Assembly: GCA_963662615.2 (NCBI GenBank)
Contig: CAXXSR010000001.1
Coordinates: forward strand, 1,536,001-1,600,000
Length of the DNA stretch: 64,000 nucleotides
Reading direction: 5' to 3'
DNA from: Dehalococcoidia bacterium
GTDB lineage: Bacteria; Chloroflexota; Dehalococcoidia; Bin125
Each line of letters opens with the position of its first letter. The first letter of the stretch is position 1. Position numbers and translations under genes: made by a program. The notes beneath the pieces were generated by a model. The model was given only the letters and a program-made list of their open reading frames with translations. It was not told where the DNA came from and did no database searches. Positions 9,528-19,795 of the stretch are shown here, in pieces.

Positions 9528-9646
9528 ATCGCGCGGGCCACGCGATGCGCCGAGGGCAGCGCATCGCGACGCGCGGGGCGCGCTTCCCACCGGCTCCCGG
9601 CGGGTTAGACTCCCCAGCGACCTGAGAGCAGGAAGGGAGGACGCCC

Positions 9647-10798
9647 ATGCCGCGTGATCTGGAAGGCCTCCTCGTCGTCTCGTTGGAGCAGGCCGTCGCC
9701 GCTCCCTACGCCTCATGCCGGCTCGCCGACGCCGGCGCCCGCGTGATCAAACTGGAACGCCCCGACGGGGATTTTGCCCGCCGCTATGACGCCGACGTGC
9801 TGGGACTCAGCGCCTATTTCGTCTGGCTCAACCGCGGCAAAGAGTCGTGCCGGGTTGACCTGAAAACCCCGCAGGACCTCGCGGTCGTCCGCGGCATGCT
9901 GGCGCAGGCCGACGTTTTCATCCAGAACCTCGCCCCTGGAGCAGCCGAGCGGTTGGGCATCGGCAGCGACGCGCTCCGGCAACAGCATCCATCTCTCATC
10001 ACCTGCGATATCAGCGGCTACGGGCAGGACGGCCCCTATCGGGAGTTGAAGGCGTACGACCTCCTGGTCCAGGCCGAATCCGGCCTCGCCTACCTGACCG
10101 GCACGCCGGATTCACCGGCGCGGGTCGGCGTGTCGGTGTGTGACATTGGCGCCGGCATGTACGCCTATCAGGCGATCCTGCAGGCGCTCTATGCCCGGCA
10201 GCGCGGCGGCCAGGGCCGGGGCATTCAGATCTCTCTCTTCCACAGTGTCGCCGATTGGATGAACGTTCCCTACCTGCAGCATCGCTACGGCGGCCGTGCG
10301 GTGTCGCGGCTGGGCCTGCAGCATCCCACCGTTGCGCCCTACGGCATGTATCCGTGCCGCGATGGCGAAGGCGTGCTCATCTCCGCCCAGAACGAGAGGG
10401 AGTGGCGGCGGCTGTGCGAGACGGTGCTGCAGCAGCCGAAGCTGGCCGACGATCCACGCTTCGCCACCAACCCCGACCGCGCGGAGCACCGCGCGGCGCT
10501 GGACGCGGTCATTGCTGCGGTGTTCGCGGCGCTGCCACGAGAGGAAATCGTGGCGCGGCTGGACGCCGCCAAGATCGCCTATGGGCGGCTGTCCTCGCTG
10601 GACGATCTGGACCAGCATCCGCAGAACCGCTTCATCACGGTAGCGACCAGCGGCGGGGAAGTGGAACTGCTCGCACCGCCGGCCGTCGTGCCCGGTGTGC
10701 ATGAGCGTTACGGGCCGGTTCCCGCGCTGGGCCAGCATGACGCGGCCATCCGGCGCGAATTCGCGCCGCGCGGTGACGCGGTGGATGCGGGCGCGTAG
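9647..10798 (+). CDS. CaiB/BaiF family III CoA-transferase
   Basis: EQAVAAPY, LADAGARVIKLERPDGDFAR, LNRGKES, KAYDLLVQAESG. Confidence 0.93.
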   Translation: MPRDLEGLLVVSLEQAVAAPYASCRLADAGARVIKLERPDGDFARRYDADVLGLSAYFVWLNRGKESCRVDLKTPQDLAVVRGMLAQADVFIQNLAPGAAERLGIGSDALRQQHPSLITCDISGYGQDGPYRELKAYDLLVQAESGLAYLTGTPDSPARVGVSVCDIGAGMYAYQAILQALYARQRGGQGRGIQISLFHSVADWMNVPYLQHRYGGRAVSRLGLQHPTVAPYGMYPCRDGEGVLISAQNEREWRRLCETVLQQPKLADDPRFATNPDRAEHRAALDAVIAAVFAALPREEIVARLDAAKIAYGRLSSLDDLDQHPQNRFITVATSGGEVELLAPPAVVPGVHERYGPVPALGQHDAAIRREFAPRGDAVDAGA

Positions 10799-11348
10799 CC
10801 GGCACGGAGCGGCCGGCCGGAGCGTTGGGCCGGGTCCGCCGGCAGGCGCCGGGGCCCCGACTACGTCGATGCGCCGGGCCGGCTCCTGCTCTCTGCGCAA
10901 CACTCCGTCCTCTGTGCGAATTTCTTTGGGACGACCCCTAAAGATCGCCGCCGCACTCACCGACACTCTCTTGGTATGCCCCAGACAGCGCCGGACACGA
11001 GGCGGAAAACGAGGGGCCGGCACCATGAGGCGAAGGGAACAACGAGGGTGACGCAGGCAACGATCGCATCGGACGGCCGCGGGGCGCAGCAAGACACGCG
11101 GGCGAGGGGCGGACCCGGCGCGGTGGTCGGCGCTTGCAACCGGTCAAGCGGCCCCTTCCTCGAATCCCAGCGAGAAGGAGATCGCAATCGACCTTCGGGG
11201 TGGTTTCTGGTCGCTGTCAGCGGAGATGGGCCCCAGCCCGATGCGCCCGGCGCGGTGCGCGCCGGGCGCGTGGCTTGAAAGGAGAAGCGTGGCGCCGCCG
11301 TGGTCCCGGGCCTGTGACAAAGGCCGCTCGGTCCGGGACCCGCCGCGG

Positions 11349-12233
11349 CTACGCGGCTTGGCGACGTTTGCGGGACTTGTCCTCGTACATCCGCGCGTCG
11401 GCGGCAGCAAGGGCATCTTCGACCGCCGTACCAGGGCGCAGCACCGCCCAGCCGACGCTCAGGGCGAGGGTGAAGCGCTCAGCAGTCAGCGCGTTGGACG
11501 CCACTACCTGTCCCCAAATGCGCTCAAGGATGAAGGGGGCGCTCTGCTCCGTTGCCCCAATGGCGCAACAGACGAACTCGTCGCCGCCGAGACGGGCGAC
11601 GATGTCCGAACCTCGGAATGATTGGCGGAGGACTTGGGCAACTGCCACGAGCGCGCGGTCGCCCTCGGCATGACCCAGCGAGTCATTGATCTCCTTGAAG
11701 TGATCGACGTCGGCGAGGAAGAGCAGCCATGCCAGGTTCGTGCGTTCGGAAAGCTTGAGCTGCTGCTCGGCCAGCGTGAGGAAGCCGCGTCGGTTGAACA
11801 GCCCGGTCAGCTCATCGAAGAGGGTCGAGTCTCGCAGCTGCTGCTGCAAGCGATGGCGCTCTAACGCGTAGCGAACGATCCGAGGGAGCAAGACGGCCGC
11901 CGTCTCTCCTTTGACCACGTAGTCCTGTGCCCCGGCCGTCACCGCCTCTACAGCCACCGCGTCATCCCCCAGGCCGGACAGCACCACGATCGGAATCGCT
12001 TGGGCCACGGCCGCGAGCCGCTGAAAGGTGGCGATGCCGCCGCTGTCGGGCAGGCCGAGGTCGAGCAGGATGAGGTCAACGCCGCCGCCATCGAGCCGAG
12101 TGAGAGCCGCCGCCAGCCGGTCGACCGCCTCCAATGTGAAGGCGCCGGCAAGCTCTTCTTGAAGACTGAGCTCCACCAGGCGGCGATCGCCGAGATTGTC
12201 CTCAACGAGCAGAATGTGGATCTGGCTGGGCAC
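11349..12233 (-). CDS. Response-regulator diguanylate cyclase (REC-GGDEF)
   Basis: LLVEDN, LLDLGLPD, DELTGLFNRRG, ARLGGDEF. Confidence 0.93.
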   Translation of the reverse strand: MPSQIHILLVEDNLGDRRLVELSLQEELAGAFTLEAVDRLAAALTRLDGGGVDLILLDLGLPDSGGIATFQRLAAVAQAIPIVVLSGLGDDAVAVEAVTAGAQDYVVKGETAAVLLPRIVRYALERHRLQQQLRDSTLFDELTGLFNRRGFLTLAEQQLKLSERTNLAWLLFLADVDHFKEINDSLGHAEGDRALVAVAQVLRQSFRGSDIVARLGGDEFVCCAIGATEQSAPFILERIWGQVVASNALTAERFTLALSVGWAVLRPGTAVEDALAAADARMYEDKSRKRRQAA

Positions 12234-12242
12234 CGATAGATC

Positions 12243-12677
12243 CTAGGTCCGCAGCAGGGTCACGATGCTCAGCCAGAAATCGTCCACGGAACGCACGACC
12301 CGCACGAACTGGTCGAAGTCCACGGGCTTGGTGATGTAGCAATTGACGTGGTGGTCATAGGCCCGCAGGACGTCCCGGTCATCGCTCGATGTGGTCATGA
12401 CGACCACGGGGATCTGCCGCAGCGTCGGGTCTCCCTTGATTTCGGTCAGCACCTCCCGTCCGTCCTTCTTCGGCAGGTTGAGGTCCAGGATGATCAGGTC
12501 AGGACGTGGGGCCTCGCCGTAGGGCTGTTCCCGTCGCAGAAACGACATGGCCTCAACGCCATCCTGCGTGACGTGCAATGCGTTCGTCATGCGGGCTTCC
12601 TTGAGCGCCTCCACGGTCAGGCGGACATCGCCGGGATTGTCCTCCACCAACATGATCTCGATCGGTCGTAGGTGCAT
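12243..12677 (-). CDS. Single-domain response regulator (Rcp1-like)
   Basis: [32 protein letters not shown]. Confidence 0.93.
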   Translation of the reverse strand: MHLRPIEIMLVEDNPGDVRLTVEALKEARMTNALHVTQDGVEAMSFLRREQPYGEAPRPDLIILDLNLPKKDGREVLTEIKGDPTLRQIPVVVMTTSSDDRDVLRAYDHHVNCYITKPVDFDQFVRVVRSVDDFWLSIVTLLRT

Positions 12678-12679
12678 GG

Positions 12680-14495
12680 CTACGCGGCCTCCTTCCCAGC
12701 GGGAATGGTGAAATGAAACGTCGCGCCGTGGCCGTCCTGGGATTCAACCCAGATGCGACCGCGGTGCCGTTGGACGATCTTCTTGCAGAGGGCGAGGCCC
12801 ACGCCGGTCCCGGGATACTCCTCCCGCGAATGCAACCGTTGAAACATCTCGAAGATCCGCCGGTGGTAGGCCGGATCAATGCCGATCCCGTTGTCGCGCA
12901 CGGAGAAGGACCAGCCGGTCGCCAGGTAGCTGTAGCTGGCGGAGACGTGAATGCGTGGCGCATCGCTGCTGCGGTACCGGATGGCATTGAGGATGAGGTT
13001 CTGCAGGAGCGTGCGGAATTGCAGGGGATCGACGTCGATGGTGGGTAGGGCGTCGCTGGAGATCTCGGCGCCGCTCTCGGCGATGGCCTCGGTGATGTCG
13101 TGGCAGACGTCCCGCAGGACTTCGGCCGAATCCGTCGGCTGCGGCTCGGATGCCTGCCGGGTAATTCGCGAGAACTGCAGCAGCCCTTGGATCAACGCCT
13201 GCATCCGATTGGCGCCGTCTACCGCGAAGGCAATGTACTCGTCCGCTTCGTCGTCCAGCCGGCCTTGATAGCGCCGCGCCAACAGTTGCGTGTAGCTGGC
13301 CACCATACGGAGCGGTTCCTGGAGATCGTGCGAGGCGACGTAGGCGAACCGCTCCAGGTCCGAATTCGAGCGCCGCAGCTCCTCGGTTTGGACTTCGAGC
13401 TCGCGCTGGGCCCGGCCAATGGCGACCGCGTGCCTGGAGCGCAGCGCCAGGTAGAGGGCGAGCGCCGCGGTGGCGACAATGCCGGCGGTCAGCAGCAGCC
13501 AGCTTGGCGCGGCGGAGCCGAGGGGTAAGCTGTCGTCCGCCGAGGCCACGACGAGGCGCCAGGGGCGGGAGCCAACGACGATGGGACCGACGAGCCGCGT
13601 GTCGGTCGTTTCCAGATGCGCGGCAAGCAGGGTGAGATCTGGCGAGCGTGACGCGTGTGCCGTGGTGTAAAGCAGCCGCTCATCCTCCGCGGCCGCCTCG
13701 TCGATCACGATGGCGTCGAAATCATCCATAGGGAAGTTGGCGAGCGCGCTCTCGACGATGTCGGCGACCCGGTAGACGCCGAGGATGAAGCCCTCAAGCT
13801 CGGCAAGCGGCCCCGTCGCGTTGTCGGCGTACACCGGGACGTAGGCAAGGAAGCTGGCCTGCGGCTCGGCGTCCTGAACGAGCTGGATCGGCGCGGTGAT
13901 GGCCAAGGCGCTCGATTCCCGCGCGCGTGTGAGGGCGCTGCGGCGGTTCGCCTCCGAGCCGAGATCGAATCCGAGCGCGCCGCGATTGGGCTGGATGGGC
14001 TCGACGAAGTAGACGGGGAAGTACTCGTCGCGCTCCGCGGCGCGGACGAGCGCCCCATCGGGCCCGCGTTCAGTGATCTCGTATCCCGCGACGTCCTCAC
14101 CCGCCTGTCGTTCGTGTACCGTCCGCTCGCTCGCCCTGACGTATGGGATCCACTCCAGCGCGAGGATCTCACCCTGCGACGGGAAAACGACTGTGTCCGC
14201 CAACCCGGTTCGCTGTCCCAGGGTGATGTGGACCAAGTCGTGGAAGGTATCCCGGTCGATGATCGACGAGGCCTCGTAGAGCTTCGCCAACGACTGGACC
14301 GCACCCAACGAGTGGTCGATCTCGTTTTCGATCGCTGCGAGCCGTTCCTCAAGGTCGACCCGGAAGCTACTGACGGCCGAATCGTGGCGCGCCGAGCGCA
14401 AGGCGAAAAAGACGACGACGGTCGGGGTGAGGCCGAAAAGCACAACGGCCCCAGGGAAGGCAGCGAAGGAGTCTCGTGGGGAAACGGGTTGTCAT
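12680..14495 (-). CDS. CHASE-domain sensor histidine kinase (probable +1 indel near the N-terminus, about 14450)
   Basis: [18 protein letters not shown]; [15 protein letters not shown]-box; DNGIGI, GTGVGLA; ATG 14495 is one base out of frame with ORF 12680-14443. Confidence 0.88.
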
Positions 14496-14778
14496 GGAGT
14501 TGCTCCGGCCGGGGCCGTGCGGGGTGCGGGGACAGCAGTGCGCGAGAAGCGCGCGGTGGCCTTGGGAAACGCCCGACTCAGCGCCGAGATCGTTCTTGAC
14601 TCTAGTAACGGGCGCGCCGGTGTGCGTCCTCCCGAATCCCTACAAGCGCAGCGGAATTCGCCTCGACCGCTTCTCCGAGCCGACCGACGTCATTCGGCAT
14701 TTCCAATCGGAGCGCACCGGTCGGTGCGCCATCCGCTGGCGTCCTCATGGCCGGGAGAGCAGAGGGGGAAGGCAGAGC

Positions 14779-14904
14779 GCGCCGCCCGCAATCGTGCCCG
14801 GTGTGCACGAGCGTTACGGGCCGGTTCCGGCGCTGGGCGAGCACGATGTGGCGATCCGGCGCGAATTCGCGCCTCGCGGGGAGTCGGTCATTGCGGGCGG
14901 CTAG
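14779..14904 (+). pseudogene. Displaced 3' end (41 codons) of the CaiB/BaiF gene; direct repeat of 10673-10798
   Basis: APPAIVPGVHERYGPVPALGEHDVAIRREFAPRGESVIAGG* versus APPAVVPGVHERYGPVPALGQHDAAIRREFAPRGDAVDAGA* (34/41 identical). Confidence 0.9.
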
Positions 14905-15011
14905 GCGGCGCCAAAAGGCAGCTAGTGGTTCGAGCGTCTGCCGGTTCTCAGGGTCTCGCAGGACCTCGCGGTGCAGCCGCGCGTTAGGCGAGTCAGAGTA
15001 GACTGTCCCCC

Positions 15012-16103
15012 ATGTCAGACCTTACCGACCTCGTCGCGCGACTCGCCACGAGTGAAAACCTCGATCAAGGTGGAGAAACGGGGACTCGACAGGCGGCCGT
15101 CCTGCCAGTCCTCGAGGCACTGGGGTGGAATTGGCGCGATCTGGAAGAGGTCGAACCCGAGTTCGCCGTCTCTGGCGGGAGGGTGGATTACTGCTTGCGA
15201 TCTGGGACCCGCGAGCTCGTCTTCATAGAAGTGAAGCGAGCCGGCACGGATCTGACATCGCATCAGGAGCAGCTTCTGGAGTACGCGTTCCGAGATGGCG
15301 TGCCCCTGGCGGCGCTAACCGAAGGCAGAACATGGTGGCTCTACCTGCCGACGGAGGAGGGGAGCTGGGAGCAGCGCAAGTTTTTTAGCATCGACTTTCG
15401 TCGGCAACAGCCAGAGAGCGCCGCTGAATCGTTGAAGCGCTTTCTGGCTAAGGAAGCTGTGGTCGCAGGCGACGCAGTACAGCGGGCAAAGGTGGAGTTT
15501 CGAGGGCAGGCTCGCGAAAGGAGGACCCGAGAGGCACTACCGAGAGCATGGCAGGAATTGCTTACCGGGCCCGATGAACTCCTAGCAGAGCTGCTAGCCG
15601 AGGCGGTCGAGGGCATCTCTGGACATCGACCGGATGCGGAGCCCGTCGCGCGTTTTCTCCTACAATGTGCGCCCGCGTCGCAGGGTGTCGCAATTGCGAA
15701 GCGCAAGGCGGCCCCGGACGTAGCACCGGAGCCACATGCCTCCAGATCGCCCGTGGCTCAATACACTGGGTGACAGCCTCGAGCTCTCCTTCTCAATGAT
15801 GCGAGGTACGAGGTGACAAGCTGGCGCAAGCTCCTGGTCAAAACCTGCGAAGTGCTTGCCGCGGAGCGCGGCGCAAGATTCACAGAAGCCGTGCTGCAAG
15901 TTCGCGGCCGAAAGCGCGCCTACTTCAGCAAACGAGCAGAGACTCTCGTCGATCCGCTTTCGCTTTCCTCGGCGGACTTGTACGTCGAGGGAAACCTCAG
16001 CGCGAACCGCTGCGCGAATCTCGCACGGCGTGTGGTTCGCGTCGTGCTGGGCTCAGACGAGCGCTTCGCTATCGATCTGGCCGACGAGCCTGAGCGACAG
16101 TAG
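15012..16103 (+). pseudogene. Restriction-endonuclease-like protein (HsdR N-terminal PD-(D/E)xK domain) interrupted by in-frame TGA 15771-15773
   Basis: ETGTRQAAVLPVLEALGW, PEF, RVDY, FIEVK, QLLEYAF; ORF 15813-16103 is in the same frame after the stop. Confidence 0.75.
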
Positions 16104-16373
16104 ACGCAATCACGAGCGTTTCCTGTGCCGACGGCGCTCACGACCACTTTTTACGATTCGTGCTTGTTGATCACGTCCTGAAGGGCGGCGGACTGTTCAA
16201 CGCTTGGGCGCGACCCGCATGGCCGCCCTGTTCCCGAACGATCCCGAGCCGTCGAAGAGAGTGCGCGCCGCCGCCTTGTGCAGTCGCGCCCGGCGGCTTC
16301 AGCGGTCAGGTGACGAGCGCGCCGCCCGCACGTGCGGGGCGGCGCGAGGGTGCGGAGATCGCCGGGGACGGCG

Positions 16374-16808
16374 TTAAACGTCGGGGTTGCGGCGGCGGCC
16401 CGTTCGCCGCTGGACCGCGTCAATCAAGGGCGCCAGCTCCAGCATGGCCAGCACGAGCACGGTCACGAGGAGGGCGACGAGCCGCAGCTCCTGTGCCACC
16501 AGCAAGCCCACGCCGGCCATGGCCCAGAGGGTGGCAGCCGTCGTCAGCCCCACGAGCCCTTGGCCGCGCTGAAAGATGAGCCCCGCCCCAATGAAGCCGA
16601 TGCCCTGCACGACGCCGGCGGCCACGCGCGAATCGTCGCTGAACGTCAAGCTGACGGCGCCGAAGATGGCGGCCCCCATGGTCACGAGGGCGTTGGTGCG
16701 GAGGCCGGCCTCGTGGTGCCGCAGCTCGCGCTCGATGCCGACGGCGGCGCCCAAGCCCAAGGCGAGCAAGATGTCGAGGAAGAGTTCAAGTTGGTCGGCC
16801 GTGCCCAT
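16374..16808 (-). CDS. MgtC/SapB family membrane protein
   Basis: GIERE, AGLRT, RVAAGVVQGIGFIGAGLI, GLTTAATLW. Confidence 0.92.
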   Translation of the reverse strand: MGTADQLELFLDILLALGLGAAVGIERELRHHEAGLRTNALVTMGAAIFGAVSLTFSDDSRVAAGVVQGIGFIGAGLIFQRGQGLVGLTTAATLWAMAGVGLLVAQELRLVALLVTVLVLAMLELAPLIDAVQRRTGRRRNPDV

Positions 16809-16889
16809 TGCTCCAGCCCTCCTAGCGGCACGGTAGCCCAAGGAGCTGCTAGTGCGGGACGCGACCGTGGGGCCGGGCGGCAGCCGTGC

Positions 16890-17327
16890 CTACAGCTTGA
16901 GCGGCCTACTCTCGGCGACGCGCTGGGGGTCGCTTTTCCAGACAGCGGAGCCGTCGACGTACAGCTCGACGCCGTTGCCGTCGGGGTCGCGAAGGTAGAG
17001 CGCCTGCGAGACGGTGTGGTCGGTGACGGCGTCGATACGCACGCCCGCCGCCTCCAGCTCCGCCTTCACTTGCCGCAGCTCCTCCAGCGAGTCGCCCACC
17101 TTGAAGGCCAAGTGATACAAGCCGGGCGAGTTGGCGGGGGCGTCGGGCGCATCTTCGCCCACCGCCAGGAGAGCGAGGTCGTGGTGATTGCCCAGAGTGA
17201 AGAACGTCATGGGCGCGGTGGCGTGCCTGGCCGCAATGGGAATGCCAAGAACGCCGTGGTAAAAGGCCTCTCCCCGCTCCAGGTTGCGCACCCTGAGCAC
17301 GGCATGCCCGAGTCGTTGGACTTTCAC
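16890..17327 (-). CDS. VOC (glyoxalase/dioxygenase) family protein
   Basis: LGHAVLRVRNLE, HHDLAL, GLYHLAF, YLRDPDGNGVELY. Confidence 0.9.
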   Translation of the reverse strand: MKVQRLGHAVLRVRNLERGEAFYHGVLGIPIAARHATAPMTFFTLGNHHDLALLAVGEDAPDAPANSPGLYHLAFKVGDSLEELRQVKAELEAAGVRIDAVTDHTVSQALYLRDPDGNGVELYVDGSAVWKSDPQRVAESRPLKL

Positions 17328-17600
17328 GCCGACCGAATCCTCTCTTGCTGCGACGGGCGCGCTCTGACGTGGACGCCGGCGTCGCCGGGAGCAGTCTAGC
17401 AGCGGCGCGAGAGCGTGGGCGAGATGGGGGGCGTTAGCTTCGGGCCACCGTCGACGGCGCCGCGCCGCGACGGATCAGGCGGACGTAGGCCCAACTGAGC
17501 GCGGCCGGCCAGACGCCGCCGAGCAACACTGCCGCGATCGGCTGAGGGACGCGGCCGCTCGGGAGTACGCTCGAGCCGCTACCGGGGGTAGACTCAGCGC

Positions 17601-17900
17601 GTGGACGACATCCGGGACATTGTCCTGATCGCCGCGCTGATTGGGCTGTCGCTGGTAATGCTCGTCGGCGCGCTCGTGATGGCGTTCGCGGCGAGCCGCA
17701 GCCTGCGCGGCCTGCGCGCGGTGCAGCGGCTGCACGACCGCCGAGTTCCCAGCGGCCTCGACCAACTCCAGACCCGCATGACGGCCTTGAATGAGCGGCA
17801 GGCATGGGAGCCGGGCGGCTTGGGAAGCCTGATCTGGGCCGTGTACCGCCGCCTGCGAGCCTGGAGGCGGCGGCGGCGCTTCGCCTTCCTGCGACGCTGA
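17601..17900 (+). CDS. Small membrane protein, unknown function
   Basis: N-terminal TM helix (IRDIVLIAALIGLSLVMLVGALVMAF), basic C-terminus, fills an intergenic gap. Confidence 0.55.
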   Translation: MDDIRDIVLIAALIGLSLVMLVGALVMAFAASRSLRGLRAVQRLHDRRVPSGLDQLQTRMTALNERQAWEPGGLGSLIWAVYRRLRAWRRRRRFAFLRR

Positions 17901-17978
17901 CGCGGGGCCTTCCTGCGACGCTGACGCGGGGCCTTCCTGCGACGCTGACGCAGGGCCTTCCTGCGACGCTGACGCGGG
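17883..17978 (+). repeat. 24-bp tandem repeat x4
   Basis: GCCTTCCTGCGACGCTGACGCGGG four times with one substitution; no spacers. Confidence 0.95.
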
Positions 17979-17983
17979 CGCGC

Positions 17984-19510
17984 CTAAACGGGGCTCACCG
18001 GGCGCTTCTTCTCGAATGGAGCGGCGCGCTTGGGCTCCGCGTTGCGGAAGCGCTCAATCAGGGCCTCGCGGAGATCGTCGGGGGGCACGATGTCATCGAC
18101 CACGAGCTCCGCGGCGAGGCGGTAGATGTCGATGTCGGCTTCGAAGGCACGCTGCTGCTGCGCCACCCACTGCGACCGCTGCGGCTCCTCCATCTGCTGG
18201 ATGCGGTTGTAGTAGACGGCGTTGATGGCGGCCTCCGGACCCATCACGGCGATCTGGGCGGTGGGCAGCGCCAGGGCGGCGTCGGGCTCGAAGGCGGGAC
18301 CGCACATGGCGTAGAGCCCGGCGCCGTAGCACTTGCGGATGATGACGCTGATTTTGGGTACCGTCGCCTCACTGACCGCGGCGATCATTTTGGCGCCGGC
18401 GCGGATGATCCCCTGGCGCTCCACGGCCGTGCCGATCATGAATCCGGGCACGTCCGCCAAGAACAGGAGGGGGACGTTGAAGGCGTCGCAGAGCCAGATG
18501 AAGCGGGCCGCCTTGTCTGCCGAGTCGACGAAGAGGACGCCGCCCTTGACCGCGGGCTGGTTCGCCAAGACGCCGACAACTTTGCCGTTGAGGCGCGCGA
18601 AGGCGGTGATCAACTCGCCGGCGAAAAGCTCCTTGATCTCGAAGATCGAGTCGGCGTCGACGATGGCCTCAATGAGGTTGCGCATGTTGAAGGCGCGGTT
18701 CTGGTCCGCGGGAATGATCTCGCTGGGGGAGCGGCCGGACGCCGCCGCGACCGGCGCCATCTCCGGGGGCGCTTCCGTGTAGTTGGAGGGGACGTAGGAG
18801 AGGTAGCGTTTCACCACCGCAATGCCCTCCTCCTCGCTCTGCACCAGCACGTCGCCGCAACCGGAGACGGAGCAGTGCATGCGCGCCCCGCCCATCTCCT
18901 CCAGCGTCACGTCCTCACCGATCACCATCTGGGCCATGCGCGGTGAGCCGAGGTACATGGAGGCGTTGCCGTCGACCATGATGACGACATCGCAGAAGGC
19001 GGGGATGTACGCGCCCCCGGCCGCGCTGGGGCCCAAGAGGAGACAGACTTGCGGGACCAGCCCGGAGAGCTTGCTCTGCATCCAGAAGATGCGTCCGGCC
19101 CCGCGCCGGCCGGGAAACATCTCTACCTGATCCGTGATCCGCGCGCCGGCGCTGTCAACGAGATAGATCATGGGAAAGCGCAGCCGCGCCGCCTTTTCTT
19201 GAATCCGGATGATCTTCTCGACGGTCCGCCAGCCCCACGACCCCGCCTTCACGGTGGAGTCATTGGCCATGTAGCAAACGGGCCGATCGCCAACGCGGCC
19301 TACGCCGGTGACGACTCCGTCGGCAGGGAGGTCCTCCGCCAGGTTGTTGGCAAAGAGGCCGTCCTCGGACGCGGGAGCGCCGTCAAAGAGGAGCTGAAGC
19401 CGTTCGCGCACGAACAGCTTGCCGCGTGTCTTCGCCTGCTCGTGGTAGCGGGGCGCGCCTCCGCGCTGAATGCGGGCAATGGCCTCTCGCACGTCCGGAT
19501 CGTTCTCCAC
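17984..19510 (-). CDS. Acyl-CoA carboxylase carboxyltransferase (beta) subunit
   Basis: GKLFVRERL, DSTVKAGSWG, DSAGARI, SAAGGAY, FLADVPGFMIG. Confidence 0.92.
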   Translation of the reverse strand: MENDPDVREAIARIQRGGAPRYHEQAKTRGKLFVRERLQLLFDGAPASEDGLFANNLAEDLPADGVVTGVGRVGDRPVCYMANDSTVKAGSWGWRTVEKIIRIQEKAARLRFPMIYLVDSAGARITDQVEMFPGRRGAGRIFWMQSKLSGLVPQVCLLLGPSAAGGAYIPAFCDVVIMVDGNASMYLGSPRMAQMVIGEDVTLEEMGGARMHCSVSGCGDVLVQSEEEGIAVVKRYLSYVPSNYTEAPPEMAPVAAASGRSPSEIIPADQNRAFNMRNLIEAIVDADSIFEIKELFAGELITAFARLNGKVVGVLANQPAVKGGVLFVDSADKAARFIWLCDAFNVPLLFLADVPGFMIGTAVERQGIIRAGAKMIAAVSEATVPKISVIIRKCYGAGLYAMCGPAFEPDAALALPTAQIAVMGPEAAINAVYYNRIQQMEEPQRSQWVAQQQRAFEADIDIYRLAAELVVDDIVPPDDLREALIERFRNAEPKRAAPFEKKRPVSPV

Positions 19511-19795
19511 GCTGTTCTCCTTCGTACGAACGGCCGCTCAGAGCCCGCAGGCCCAACGGGATCATGATCGTGGACAGGCTCAAGGCAGCGCTTCCGGGCT
19601 TGGTATCGTGACCGTCGTGGAGCGGCTGCCCCGGCCGGCCCCTGATCCATCGCTAGCCTAGCGCGTCCGCTGTACGGCCCGGCACAGCGGGGCTGGACGT
19701 CGCGGGCGCCGCGCCGCTGCCGCTGCCCTGACGCGCTGCGCTGGACCGATCCACAAGGGCGGCGTGGAACGGGCGTGCGGAGGGATCGCTATCGT

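Noticed and set aside
15771-15773. TGA as selenocysteine in the HsdR-N-like gene
   Set aside because: Lies in a linker/domain-start position with no Cys-type context and no compact SECIS-like hairpin; CGA to TGA is simpler
17883-17978. Possible CRISPR array
   Set aside because: Repeats are contiguous with no unique spacers, and there are no cas genes in the window
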